In this document: piece by piece, positions 52,535-62,181 of the stretch | How the letters are laid out: the number at the start of each line of letters is the position of its first letter | Numbering within the stretch: position 1 is the stretch's first letter | From: Hyphomicrobiales bacterium | Lineage (GTDB): Bacteria > Pseudomonadota > Alphaproteobacteria > Rhizobiales > TMED25 | DNA: 64,000 bases | Assembly (NCBI GenBank): GCA_965204565.1 | Contig: CBDBEU010000003.1 | Span: 591,305 to 655,304 of the forward strand | Direction: 5' to 3' | Position numbers and translations under genes: made by a program | The notes under the pieces: generated by a model | The model's database searches: none | Told to the model about the DNA's origin: nothing | The model's input: the letters and a program-made list of their open reading frames with translations, nothing else

Positions 52535-52938
52535 CTAGGAGCCAGGGCCTTCGCTTTCCTCGTATCCGAGGACCAGATCGCGCAACGTGACCAGCCCGAC
52601 CACTTGTTCCTCCCGCAATACCAGTGAACGGCGAAGCGCCAACAGCCTGATGGCATATTTCACATGCATCTCCGCGCTGATGGTCAATGCCAGCTTGGTC
52701 ATGATCTCATAAACGCTGGTGCGTTCAGCCGATTGATTGGCACTGACAACCGGGCCGCAATATCGTGCACCGTCACCCCACCATACTCATCGCCTTCATG
52801 ACGGCGCTCAATAACCAGCGAACTCACCTGCAGCCGGCCCATTCCCGCAATCGCGCTGGCCACACTTGCCACTCCATCGACCATATGCAGCGAAAATTGC
52901 ATAACGTCGGCAACCTTGACGATTTTGGTCTCCATCAA
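52535..52938 (-). pseudogene. CBS-domain pair protein, one frameshift (~52745)
   Basis: The N-terminal half is ORF 52699..52938 (…VADVMQFSLHMVDG…LVIERRHEGDEYGGVTVHDIAA). The C-terminal half is in another frame (ANQSAERTSVYEIMTKLALTISAEMHVKYAIRLL…VVGLVTLRDLVLG), ending at TAG, the complement of 52535-37. Confidence 0.7.
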
Positions 52939-53279
52939 AGTTCCTCCTTGCTGATTTCTTCCTCAATGTTGTCAATTTGCCCGCGAAGACCGATCGTATC
53001 TTCGATATCGATCTGAAATGCCACCCCGGATCCCGGTTTGACGTCAAACCCGCACACCACGCCAATCGCCTCCAGGATCTGTCTGGCGCGGTGCTCTTCC
53101 ACCAGAAACAGGATCATGTTGCGTTGCCCGCGATATTCAGCCCCATGAAAGTGTGTGCCGGGTGCAGGCCTTTGCCACGCGCACTGGTGATCACGGTGCA
53201 CCCGGTTGCACCGTGCGGTTTCGATCGCCCTGTCCGTCAACGCGTCCTCGGCCAAAACCACGATCAGCTTGAATTTCAT
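52935..53279 (-). pseudogene. P-II-like signal transduction protein; ORF is open but ~35 central codons are out of frame (paired frameshifts)
   Basis: The ends MKFKLIVVLAEDALTDRAIETAR and MILFLVEEHRARQILEAIG…PGSGVAFQIDIEDTIG fit the P-II-like family found with DUF1538. An alternative frame across ~53115-53205 gives the expected GATGCTVITSARGKGLHPAHTFMGLNIAGNAT. Confidence 0.7.
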
Positions 53280-53281
53280 GG

Positions 53282-53695
53282 TTACGCCTCTCCTTTACCT
53301 GCAACTTTTTCTGGCTGTTCTGTGCTGTTCCGGCACGCCATCCAGTTTCCTATCTGCGCATATCCCATGACGGTGATCATCGGGAACAGGCTGTCAAGTG
53401 CGATCAGGACGAATCCGTCGATCAGAGCGTCACGCCCTGGAACGCTCGCGGCAAGTCCAAGACCGAGTGCAGCAACCAGAGGGGCCGTGACCGTTGATGT
53501 TGTCACGCCGTCGGAATCGTACGCCAGTGGTACGATCATGCGCGGCGCGTAGAGCGTCAGCACCACCACAATCGCATAGCCGGCAATCATGTAGACCGAC
53601 ATTCACGGGATGACGGCCATCGTCGTGGGGATCGATGGACATCAAGAACGGTGACGCCGGCGTATATCGCGCCGGGAGTGCCGATTTCGTCGTCA
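53282..53695 (-). pseudogene. DUF1538 membrane protein, C-terminal fragment
   Basis: …PLAYDSDGVTTSTVTAPLVAALGLGLA…IDGFVLIALDSLFPMITVMGYAQI is the DUF1538 C-terminal pattern. Upstream sequence is in other frames and then replaced by IS material. Confidence 0.6.
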
Positions 53696-53699
53696 TCAG

Positions 53700-54278
53700 G
53701 ACACACCTCGCCTGTAGTTCTTGCCGGACTGCATGACAACCGGACGCGTCACGCCGGCGCCGGCTGCGGCCGAAGTTCGGCGATCAGCCGCAGGATCTCG
53801 GCGAACAGGCCCCTTGGCACCGTGCCCTCGGCCAACCGGGCCAACTGGACTGGAACGTGACGTACCGACCGTGTGTGACGATCCCGGCGACGATCCTGAT
53901 CGGCTTCTCCTTCAGGCCGGTCGGCGACCATCGCCTGACCGCCTCCGGCAGACCCGGCGTCCGTATGAAGTTACCGGAATTGCAGGCGAGCGCATGAAGC
54001 TGGAGCCGCACGGCATGTTCCGGAACCTCCGGCATGACAGCCGGGTCCGCACAATCGCGTTCCTGCCTTCCTCGATATGCTGCCCGGCCGTGCCGCGCCT
54101 GTGCTCAAGCGCCCCGCGGATCGCCCGCCGACCCATGTGCGGCGCATCTGCGGCGACTTCGCGTATCAGGCCGCGTCACGGGACAAACCGTCATGGGACA
54201 AATCATGGCGGGTCGTCGCCAGGGTTGAACGGCATCCGGGTGACTTGTTCCTGAAGATCGGCTTCGTCGTCACCAACC
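53700..54278. mobile_element. Two juxtaposed IS1380-family fragments (one from a more divergent member on the minus strand, one mid-gene piece of the common type on the plus strand)
   Basis: The minus strand reads AVRLQLHALACNSGNFIRTPGLPEAVRRWSPTGLKEKPIRIVAGIVTHGRYVTFQ and …GLFAEILRLIAELRPQPAPA. The plus strand (54077-54278) reads PVLKRPADRPPTHVRRICGDFAYQAASRDKP…VARVERHPGDLF.KIGFVVTN and carries a 15-bp tandem duplication at ~54181-54210. Confidence 0.7.
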
Positions 54279-55606
54279 TGAGGGCCTCGATTTACCTCGT
54301 AACCTTGGCTGATCATGATTCACTCGCGCTATGAAGTGAGGGGGGATGGATGGTTCAGCAGGCCGGATTTTTCGACGTTGATGAACGGCTCAAGCGTTTG
54401 AGCGATTTGGGCGATCAGTTCGAAGCCTGCGTTGCGGCGGTGGACGTCGAGATTTTCCGTGCCGATCCGGACACGGCACCGGCGTAGGCGGATGGCAGGA
54501 AGGGCGCACGCCCGCCTCATGACCCTGTGCTTATGTTCAGGATCCCGATCATTCAGGCGCAGAACACTCTCTCGGACGACCGTGCGGAGTTCCTGATCAG
54601 CGACCGGCTGTCGTTCATGCGTTTCCCGGGGACGGGCCTGCAAGACAAGGTGCCCGACGCGAAGACGATCCGGGCGTTTCCCGAGCGCCTGACCCGGGCC
54701 AGGGCGATCGACGCTTTGTTCGCCCGGTTCGAGACCGCCCTGCGGGACGCAGGCTATATCGCCATGTCAGGGCCGTTGGTGGACAGCACGCCGGTCGCCG
54801 CCCCCAGGCAACGCAATACGGACGAGGAAAAGAAAGACATCGAGGCAGGCAGGACCGCCGCCGGGATCTGGCCCTCGGATCCCGCCAAAGCACGCCGGAA
54901 AGACATTGATGCGCGCTGGACCGTCCGGTTCGGCAAGGCGAAGACGCCCGTGGATGGTGGTCCCGCGCCGCCCGACATCGCAATTCCGTCTTTCGGGGAC
55001 AGGAACCACGCAGGCATCGACAAAGCGTTCCGCTTCATCCGCCGTTGGGATGTCACAGATGCCGCCCGCCATGACGGGCGAATGCCGCGCCAAGGATTGC
55101 CGGACAAAACCAGCACCGGCTCTGGCGTCCGGGCCGATAGCGCGTACCGTTCGAAGCAGAACGAAGCGTTCCCGGCACGCCACGGTTTTGTCAGCCATGT
55201 CCACCATCGCAAACCCGGGGGCAGGCTCATGCCGAAGCATATCCGCCGTGGGAACAGGACAAAGTCAAAACACCGCGCGCCGGTCGAGCACGTCTTTGCC
55301 GTCCGGAAGCACATGATGGGCCGGAAGCACGTGATGGGTATGGCAGTCCGCACCATCGGTCCGGCCCGCGCAAAAACCGGGATCGGCATGACAGACATCG
55401 CCTGCAACATCCGCCGCCTGGTCCAACTCGGAGGCAGCGTCACCCCCTGATCTGATCACAGGACGTGTCCGTTCAATAGCAACCAGGAACGCTCTGAAAG
55501 CGGGGCACGTCGCTGCATCCGAAACACAAGACCGGTTCAGATGACCACGCCGCGCCGAAATCACAGAAAATCGGACGAACAAGCAAGATTGATAGAGAGG
55601 CTCTCA
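54279..55606 (+). mobile_element. IS5-family element (type 3), copy A: both termini, transposase interrupted by one TAG
   Basis: The termini are TGAGGGCCTCGATTTACC (54279) and the complement of TGAGAGCCTCTCTATCAATC (ending at 55606). The transposase frame runs 54350..55450 with an in-frame TAG at 54485-87 and an 18-bp tandem duplication at 55303-55338 (KHMMGRKHVMG). The left flank is an IS1380 fragment and the right flank is IS3 orfB. Confidence 0.85.
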
Positions 55607-56160
55607 CCTTCTTGTGATTTGCTGGCCAACCTTCAACCCGCAACGTCTCGCCGATTTTGCGGTATCCGTATCGCCCGTACTGCTCGGCTGGCCGGATCAA
55701 TGCCGGCGGCAGGTCATCATCGTGTTGAGGTTTGGATTTGTACTGTTGCGTTGAGCGTGCGACGCCGACCTCACGACATGTGCGCCGCTTCGACGTTCCG
55801 AGCTTCCGGCGCACATGCACAACCGCCTGACGAAGGTCGTTCGTCGTCAGGCGTTCGGCTTTAAAAAATCCAGGCTCTCCTTGAGGATCAGCTTGTCGAG
55901 TTCGAGATCGACGACGATCTTCCTGAGGCGCCGGTTCTCTTTCTCAAGCGCTTTCAACTTGGACAATTGAGACCGCCCCATGCCACCAAACGTCTTGCGC
56001 CGGTTGTCGTACGTCGCATCACCGATGCCAGCAGAATGACACGCTGTCGCAACATCAACCCCACCCGCCGGATGAAGTTCGATCTCACGCAAAAGCTTCA
56101 GGATATCCTCATCGGAATGCCGTTTCCGAGCCAAGACAACTTCCCCAACTCCTGACCAAA
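55607..56160 (-). mobile_element. IS3-family fragment (orfA intact, orfB truncated by IS5 copy A)
   Basis: orfA is 55847..56134 (MARKRHSDEDILKLLREIEL…LKALEKENRRLRKIVVDLELDKLILKESL). The orfB start reads …YGRYGYRKIGETLRVEGWPANHKKV and ends at the IS5 terminus. Confidence 0.75.
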
Positions 56161-56187
56161 AACCGTCACAGTTCTAGGGGGCTAAGA

Positions 56188-56310
56188 CAAAACCGTATTG
56201 CCGAGGAGGCCAACAATCCCATACGCTGCAACCCTGATCGGCCAAACCGCCGATTGGACCGTGGTCAGGTTCCAACTCAAAGGCTGGATCACCAAAAAGA
56301 CCCGCACAAA
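56188..56310 (+). repeat. Second copy of the 3' end of the IS3 element at 3500..4516 (matches 4393..4515)
   Basis: ~120 bp align with few mismatches (…GTATTGCCGAGGAGGCC(A/G)ACAATCCCATACGCTGCAACCCTGATCGGCC…CCAACTCAAAGGC…CACCAAAAAGACC…). Confidence 0.7.
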
Positions 56311-56492
56311 CTCCATAATCCCCTGACTCCAAAGCCAGGGAAGAGGTCAGAACATGGGTCGCTTCTCAGTGGAAATTTATCACCCTCCCGGGTCAACTCT
56401 CAGTGAAAATCAACATTGGCTCGTCTTCGACAATCAGGACGAGAGGTTCGGGGACAATGGACATTGGTTATCCTGTATCCGCGGCTGATTGA

Positions 56493-57215
56493 CTATTCGG
56501 CGGCATCGGGTCCGATATAGGTGGTGCTGGTGGTATCGCTCTTCGGGCGCTCTTCATCGAAGATCTCGCCGCTGATCATATAGTGCACCTGTTCGGCCAC
56601 ACTCGTCGTGTGGTCTCCCATCCGTTCAACATTCTTGGCAATGAACAGAAGGTGCATGCAGAGCGTAATGGCGCGCGGGTCTTCCATCATGTAGGTGAGC
56701 AATTCGCGGAACAGCGTGTTGTGCAACTGGTCGACTTCGGCATCACGCAATCGCACATCTTCTGCCATATCGACATTGCGGTTCACATAGGCATCCAGCA
56801 CATCCTTGACCATGCTTTGCACCATGGCACCCATGCGTTTGATGGTCGCAGCGGACGAACCGATCGGCTGTGCTTTGGCCAGAACGCTGCTGCGCTTGGC
56901 AATATTCTTCGCGTAATCGCCGATACGCTCCATGTTCAGCGCAATTTTCGGTGCCACAACGACAGCGCGCAAATCCTGGGCCATGGGCTGGCGCTGCGCC
57001 AGAATGCCGACCACTGCCAAATCAATCTCGGCCTCCAGTACATCGATACGATTGTCGTTGGCGATGACCGCTTCAGCCAGTGTAACGTCGCGTCGGTTCA
57101 AGGCAGTGGCGGCATCGGCAATCTGTTTTTCGACCAATCCACCCATCTCGATAACAAGGGCTTCGATGCGGTTGAGATCTTCGTCGAATGCCGTGACGAT
57201 ATGCTGCTTGTCCAT
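56493..57215 (-). CDS. phoU: Phosphate signalling complex protein PhoU
   Basis: 240 aa from ATG 57215 (SD aggaga upstream): MDKQHIVTAFDEDLNRIEALV…, with two PhoU repeats. It lies directly downstream of pstB. Confidence 0.9.
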   Translation of the reverse strand: MDKQHIVTAFDEDLNRIEALVIEMGGLVEKQIADAATALNRRDVTLAEAVIANDNRIDVLEAEIDLAVVGILAQRQPMAQDLRAVVVAPKIALNMERIGDYAKNIAKRSSVLAKAQPIGSSAATIKRMGAMVQSMVKDVLDAYVNRNVDMAEDVRLRDAEVDQLHNTLFRELLTYMMEDPRAITLCMHLLFIAKNVERMGDHTTSVAEQVHYMISGEIFDEERPKSDTTSTTYIGPDAAE

Positions 57216-57225
57216 TTTCCGTCTC

Positions 57226-58083
57226 CTAGCCAAACCGGCCGGTGATGTAATCCTGGGTGCGTTCGTCATCCGGGTTGGTGAAGATATGCTTGGTCTCCCC
57301 TTCCTCGACCAACACGCCCAGATGGAAGAACGCGGTGCGCTGGGAGACCCTGGCGGCCTGCTGCATTGAGTGGGTGATGATGATGATCGTGAAGTTTGTC
57401 CTCAACTCGTCGATCAACTCTTCGATGCGTGCGGTTGCGATCGGATCGAGTGCCGAGCAGGGCTCATCCATGAGGATCACTTCCGGGCTGACGGCGATGG
57501 CGCGCGCTATGCACAAGCGCTGTTGCTGCCCCCCGGAAAGCCCGGTTCCGGGCTCGTTCAGCCGGTCCTTGACCTCGTTCAAAAGGCCGGCCCTGGAAAG
57601 GCTGTTGATCACGATCAACTCAAGCTCTGCCTTGTTCCTGGCCAGCCCGTGGATACGCGGCCCATAGGCAACATTCTCGAAGATCGATTTGGGAAATGGA
57701 TTGGGTTTTTGAAACACCATGCCCACTCGGGCACGCAACTCGACCACATCGAGCGAGGGGTCGTATATATCGCGGCCGCCAAGCAGGAAACTGCCGCTCA
57801 CGCGCGTGCCTTCAATCGTATCGTTCATGCGGTTGAAGCAACGCAATATGGTCGATTTACCGCATCCCGACGGACCGATAAACGATGTCACCGCGCAGGC
57901 GTCGATATCGATCGCGATATCGAACAGCGCCTGTTTTTCACCGTAGAAAACACACGCGTCCCTGACCTTGATCATCGCTGTGTGTCTACCGGGCTGATCT
58001 CTCGCCTGATCCGGGGCCTGATCGTGTGACCCGGCCTGGACGAGCGGTACGGCGGCGCTGCCGGCAGCCGAATTGTCCTTCAT
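57226..58083 (-). CDS. pstB: Phosphate ABC transporter ATP-binding protein PstB
   Basis: Walker [10 protein letters not shown], signature LSGGQQQR and Walker [12 protein letters not shown] are present, with the C-terminus …ITGRFG. The likely start is ATG 58083 (MKDNSAAG…), which leaves an unusually long N-terminal extension before the conserved core. Confidence 0.95.
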   Translation of the reverse strand: MKDNSAAGSAAVPLVQAGSHDQAPDQARDQPGRHTAMIKVRDACVFYGEKQALFDIAIDIDACAVTSFIGPSGCGKSTILRCFNRMNDTIEGTRVSGSFLLGGRDIYDPSLDVVELRARVGMVFQKPNPFPKSIFENVAYGPRIHGLARNKAELELIVINSLSRAGLLNEVKDRLNEPGTGLSGGQQQRLCIARAIAVSPEVILMDEPCSALDPIATARIEELIDELRTNFTIIIITHSMQQAARVSQRTAFFHLGVLVEEGETKHIFTNPDDERTQDYITGRFG

Positions 58084-58102
58084 ATTAGCGACTCCCAACG
58101 CA

Positions 58103-59392
58103 TCACCATTTTCGCTCAAACCGGCGGCGCAAAATGATCGCAATCAAATTCATCAGCACCAAAAATCCGAGCAGGACGAGGATACCAGCCGAGGTGCGTG
58201 AGACGAAGCCACGCTCGGGGCTGTCGGCCCAGATGAAGATCTGTGTCGGCAGCGCCGTTGAAGCGTCGAGTAGCCCCCCCGGAGGACTGGTTACGAATGC
58301 ATTCATACCTATCAGCAACAGCGGCGCTGATTCTCCGAGCGCCTGCGCAAGCCCGATGATGGTGCCGGTCAGAATTCCCGGAAGCGCCAGCGGCAGCACA
58401 TGATGCAGGATCATCTGGTGTCTGGAAGCGCCCATGCCAAGCGCCGCCTCTCGGATCGACAGCGGCACCGCCTTCAGTGACGCCCTGGTGACGATGATGA
58501 TCGTCGGCAGCGTCATCAGCGACAGCACCATGCCGCCTACCAGGGGCGCGGAGCGCGGCAGGCCGAAGAAATTGAGAAACACCGCAAGGCCCAACAGGCC
58601 GAACACAATCGAGGGCACCGCCGCCAGATTGTTGATATTGACCTCAAGAATATCGCTGGCGCGGCTTTTAGGCGCGAATTCCTCAAAATAGACCGCCGCC
58701 GCAATGCCGACCGGGAAGCTGATCAGAAAACACACCAGGAGCGCATAGAACGAGCCGACAATCGCGCCCGACAGCCCGGCAAGTTCTGGAAACCGGCTGT
58801 CGGCATTGAACAACAGCCCCCAATTGAACGGCTTTGATATCCGGCCTCGTTCGGCAAGGGTTTGGAACCAGACGATTTCCTGATCGGAGATGCGCCGCTG
58901 GTCTTCCGGCAAATTGGCATCGATAGTGCCCTTATTGAGCTGATCGAACGGATCGGACACCGGCACCGACAAGGTGAGCGTGCCGCCAATGACACCTGGA
59001 TCAGCGAGCACCGCATCACGCAGCATGAACTGGGCATTATTGGTCGCGATCTTTGTCAGCGCGCGCAGCTCGCGTTTCGATTGAACGTCGGGAAACTCAA
59101 CCTGAAACGCCTCTGAAATGATCGCCCGGTAATTGCCGCGTGTGGGTTCATCGGCATTGACATGCTCGGCGGAAATCAAGAAATTGAGATTCACTTCGGT
59201 TTGCACGAAGGCCGAGTAGCCGGTGATGACCAGCGAGGTCATCAGAACTGCAAGCAGACCGATCGCGGTCGAGATCGCGGCAAGTCCGTAAAACTGCAAG
59301 CGCTTGTCGGCCAAATGGCGGCGTTTGCGGCGCGTGGCCGCCCCCGGCGTTGACCAGTCGATCCGGGATGTCGGCATGATCTCAGTCATCAC
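58103..59392 (-). CDS. pstA: Phosphate ABC transporter permease PstA
   Basis: 429 aa with a long periplasmic loop after TM1 and the EAA loop …[27 protein letters not shown]…. Confidence 0.9.
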   Translation of the reverse strand: MMTEIMPTSRIDWSTPGAATRRKRRHLADKRLQFYGLAAISTAIGLLAVLMTSLVITGYSAFVQTEVNLNFLISAEHVNADEPTRGNYRAIISEAFQVEFPDVQSKRELRALTKIATNNAQFMLRDAVLADPGVIGGTLTLSVPVSDPFDQLNKGTIDANLPEDQRRISDQEIVWFQTLAERGRISKPFNWGLLFNADSRFPELAGLSGAIVGSFYALLVCFLISFPVGIAAAVYFEEFAPKSRASDILEVNINNLAAVPSIVFGLLGLAVFLNFFGLPRSAPLVGGMVLSLMTLPTIIIVTRASLKAVPLSIREAALGMGASRHQMILHHVLPLALPGILTGTIIGLAQALGESAPLLLIGMNAFVTSPPGGLLDASTALPTQIFIWADSPERGFVSRTSAGILVLLGFLVLMNLIAIILRRRFERKW

Positions 59393-59402
59393 TGCTTACC
59401 CC

Positions 59403-60779
59403 CTACTCATACTGTTCACGGTATTTGTGCACCGTGCGAAGCGCGATCACGTTCAAGATCAGCGTTACCAGGAACAGCACCAGACCAAGCGCAAAAGCAG
59501 CCAGCGTCTTGGGGCTGTCGAATTCGGTATCGCCGATCAGTAGCGTCACGATCTGCACCGTCACCGTGGTCACGCCGTCCAGCGGATTGATGGTCAGTGT
59601 GGCAATCAGTCCGGCGGCCATCACCACGATCATGGTCTCGCCAATAGCGCGGCTCACCGCCAACAAAATGCCGCCGACAATACCCGGAAGTGCGGACGGC
59701 AGCATCACCTTGACCATGGTCTCGCCCCTGGTCGCGCCCAGTGCCAGGGAGCCATCGCGCATCGCCTGAGGCACCGCATTCAACGCATCGTCGGAAAGTG
59801 ATGAGATGAATGGAATGATCATGATGCCCATCACCGCACCAGCGGCGAAGGCACTGTTGGGCGATGTGGCAAGGCCCATGGTCAGGCCGAATTCACGCAC
59901 CGCCGGCGCCACCGTCAGCACAGCAAAGAAGCCGTAAACCACCGTCGGGATGCCGGCCAGGATCTCCAGCACCGGCTTGACGATGTTGCGAAACCGGTCA
60001 TTGGAATATTCTACCAGATAGATTGCGGTGAAGATGCCAATCGGCGTGGCGCAAACCATCGCAATGAACGCGATCAGTACCGTGCCGGCAAACACCGGAA
60101 AGGCGCCGAATGCGCCCTGCCCCGCCACCTGATCGGGCCTTAACGCAATCTGCGGCTCCCAGTTGAGGCCGAACAGGAACTCGGTGATCGGCACCATTTC
60201 GAAGAACCGCCAAGCCTCGAATACCAGCGAGGCAATGATGCCCAATGTGGTGAGTACCGCGACCACCGAGCAGAACACCATCAGCCAGGTGATCACCCTC
60301 TCGAAGCGATTGCGCGCGCGAAAGACGGCCGTGAGTCTGGCGCGGGTCACTGCAAGGGTGACGATCATCAGTCCCATCACCATGACCAGCATCGCAAAGC
60401 GCGCGATCGCCGACCAGTTCTGATAGCGCTCGGCCGCTTGCAGCACTTCCGTGCTCGGTTCGGAAAATACGCGTCCGGCAGCTACGTTCTTGATCTCAGA
60501 CACGATCAGCGTGATGCGCGATGCATCGGTGCCGTCAATCAGCGCCGCGGGCAGCGAGGACACCAGCAGCCGGTCGATCACCGCGCCCTGCAAGAACAGC
60601 CACAACAGCACCAGAATGAAGGAGGGGATGCCGACCCAGACCGCGACAAACAGCCCGTGATGGGCTGGCAGGGAATGCGGCTTGACCGGGCCGCCAGCAT
60701 ATTTGCGCCCTGCCGACCGGCCGACATGGAAGGCCAGCAGCGACATCGCGATGATTGCTAGGAACGCATATCCAGCCAA
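59403..60779 (-). CDS. pstC: Phosphate ABC transporter permease PstC
   Basis: 458 aa with the EAA loop …MRDGSLALGATRGETMVKVMLPSALPG…. The order pstC-pstA-pstB-phoU is conserved. Confidence 0.9.
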   Translation of the reverse strand: MAGYAFLAIIAMSLLAFHVGRSAGRKYAGGPVKPHSLPAHHGLFVAVWVGIPSFILVLLWLFLQGAVIDRLLVSSLPAALIDGTDASRITLIVSEIKNVAAGRVFSEPSTEVLQAAERYQNWSAIARFAMLVMVMGLMIVTLAVTRARLTAVFRARNRFERVITWLMVFCSVVAVLTTLGIIASLVFEAWRFFEMVPITEFLFGLNWEPQIALRPDQVAGQGAFGAFPVFAGTVLIAFIAMVCATPIGIFTAIYLVEYSNDRFRNIVKPVLEILAGIPTVVYGFFAVLTVAPAVREFGLTMGLATSPNSAFAAGAVMGIMIIPFISSLSDDALNAVPQAMRDGSLALGATRGETMVKVMLPSALPGIVGGILLAVSRAIGETMIVVMAAGLIATLTINPLDGVTTVTVQIVTLLIGDTEFDSPKTLAAFALGLVLFLVTLILNVIALRTVHKYREQYE

Positions 60780-60887
60780 TGTACGGCCCGCCGAGGGTTA
60801 AGGTGTTTAAGTCCGTGAATAACGGCCGCTACGCAAATCAATGCAATGGCTGCCAACGCAATAACGCCATGACTCTCACAAAGCAGC

Positions 60888-61095
60888 TCAAGACGGTTGG
60901 CTCATCGCCTGGCAGCCGGTTGCCGCCTTGCGTGTGCTCTCGCGCTTGTCGCCTGAAAGAGGAATGAGGCCGCGCTCGGACAGATAGCCGCCATCACCAA
61001 AGGAATCCTCGGAGACATACTCGCCGATGAACTCATCGAGCCCCGGAATGACGCCGATATGGGCGCATTTGATGTAGAAGAACAGCGGCCGCGAC
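60888..61095 (-). pseudogene. pstS: Phosphate-binding protein PstS, C-terminal ~69 codons only
   Basis: …RPLFFYIKCAHIGVIPGLDEFIGEYVSEDSFGDGGYLSERGLIPL… matches the PstS-family C-terminus. Upstream sequence is replaced by an IS1380 fragment from ~61096. Confidence 0.7.
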
Positions 61096-61496
61096 ACCGG
61101 ATCGAGCGCCGGACGGTCCGCGTCATTCACATCATCATATCCGTCCGATCGCCCGAAGACCGACCGCCGCAAAAGCCCGACCACGGAATGCAGACGGTTG
61201 TGGACGGTTCGCGTATCTCCGAGAGGACCGCCGGCAATATCGTGCAATCCCGGGGTCTCGTCCAACTCCCGTAACGGCAACGGGCCACCGTCGGAACCGA
61301 TCTTCGAGCCATGGGATTCCAGCCGCACCCGCCAACCGCCCCCGACTGTCGAAACCGAGCCTGATATCACCCGTTTCGCCTGCACCCTGCGGGTGATCCG
61401 TGATCCGCACCCTACAGCCCGTACAACATGCTGAAATATAACATATTACTGGCTGTCGGAGGCGCGAAAATGTCACGTTACCTAGGGAATGTGGGA
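61096..61496 (-). mobile_element. IS1380-family element, 5' ~400 bp (copy 6)
   Basis: Matches the 5' parts of copies 2 and 4, including the terminus CACGTTACCTAGGGAATGTGGG ending at 61496. Confidence 0.85.
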
Positions 61497-61585
61497 TGAA
61501 GCAGCAGAACGGTCGGACCGCTGCCTGCCTCCAGATATGCGGTCCGCATACCGTTGTGCTCAATGAACTGCTCCGATAGGTTCAT
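61497..61585 (-). pseudogene. Alpha/beta hydrolase, N-terminal ~30 codons only
   Basis: MNLSEQFIEHNGMRTAYLEAGSGPTVLLLH is the typical start of AB-hydrolase-1 proteins (…G.G..lvLlHG). It is cut at the IS1380 terminus. Confidence 0.4.
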
Positions 61586-61796
61586 GGGTCTGCAACCTGT
61601 GTCCGCGACAACCACATGTGTCTCGGGAGCGGGAAATGCACGTGCGGTTTGGGCCGTACAAGAGGCACTTGCCTTTGCTGACCATGCCAGCGGCTCATCA
61701 AACTTTGCGCTATCGTGCAATTGATGCGGCCGGGCAGATTGGATCGAGCACCATGACAGGCAACACCTCGGCGCCAATCAACCATGGGAGGGAGCA

Positions 61797-62141
61797 ATGA
61801 GCCGAGAACGCGTCAATGCGATCTGCCAATCGTTCCCCGGAGCGGAAATCTCCGACCCGTGGGGCGGTGGGTATGGTGCCTGGAAGGTTGGTGGCAAGAT
61901 GTTCGCGTGCATCGATGCGCAAACTCCAAGCGTTTCCGTTAAGACCGACAGCATTGAGACGGCCCAGATGCTGATCGGCGCTGGCGTTGGCAGGAAGGCG
62001 GCCTATTTTCATCGTTCTTGGGTAAACCTGCACTGGGGCACTGCCGAGGATGAATTGCGCTACCGGTTGGCGGCGTCGTACCGATTGGTGCGCTCACGCC
62101 TGCCCGGGAAGCTTAAATCCCAGCTTGATCCATTCGAGTAA
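61797..62141 (+). CDS. MmcQ/YjbR family DNA-binding protein
   Basis: 114 aa. …ICQSFPGAEISDPWGGGYGAWKVGGKMFACI…SVKTD… is the YjbR pattern. Confidence 0.8.
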   Translation: MSRERVNAICQSFPGAEISDPWGGGYGAWKVGGKMFACIDAQTPSVSVKTDSIETAQMLIGAGVGRKAAYFHRSWVNLHWGTAEDELRYRLAASYRLVRSRLPGKLKSQLDPFE

Positions 62142-62181
62142 CAAGCATCCACCAACGCTCGGCAATGATCGGGAGACAACG

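Noticed and set aside
56355-56489. 44-codon ORF (MGRFSVEIYHPPGSTLSENQHWLVFDNQDERFGDNGHWLSCIRG) between the IS3 end fragment and phoU
   Set aside because: It has no SD and no recognisable family, and it sits in IS-end debris. It is most likely a chance ORF.
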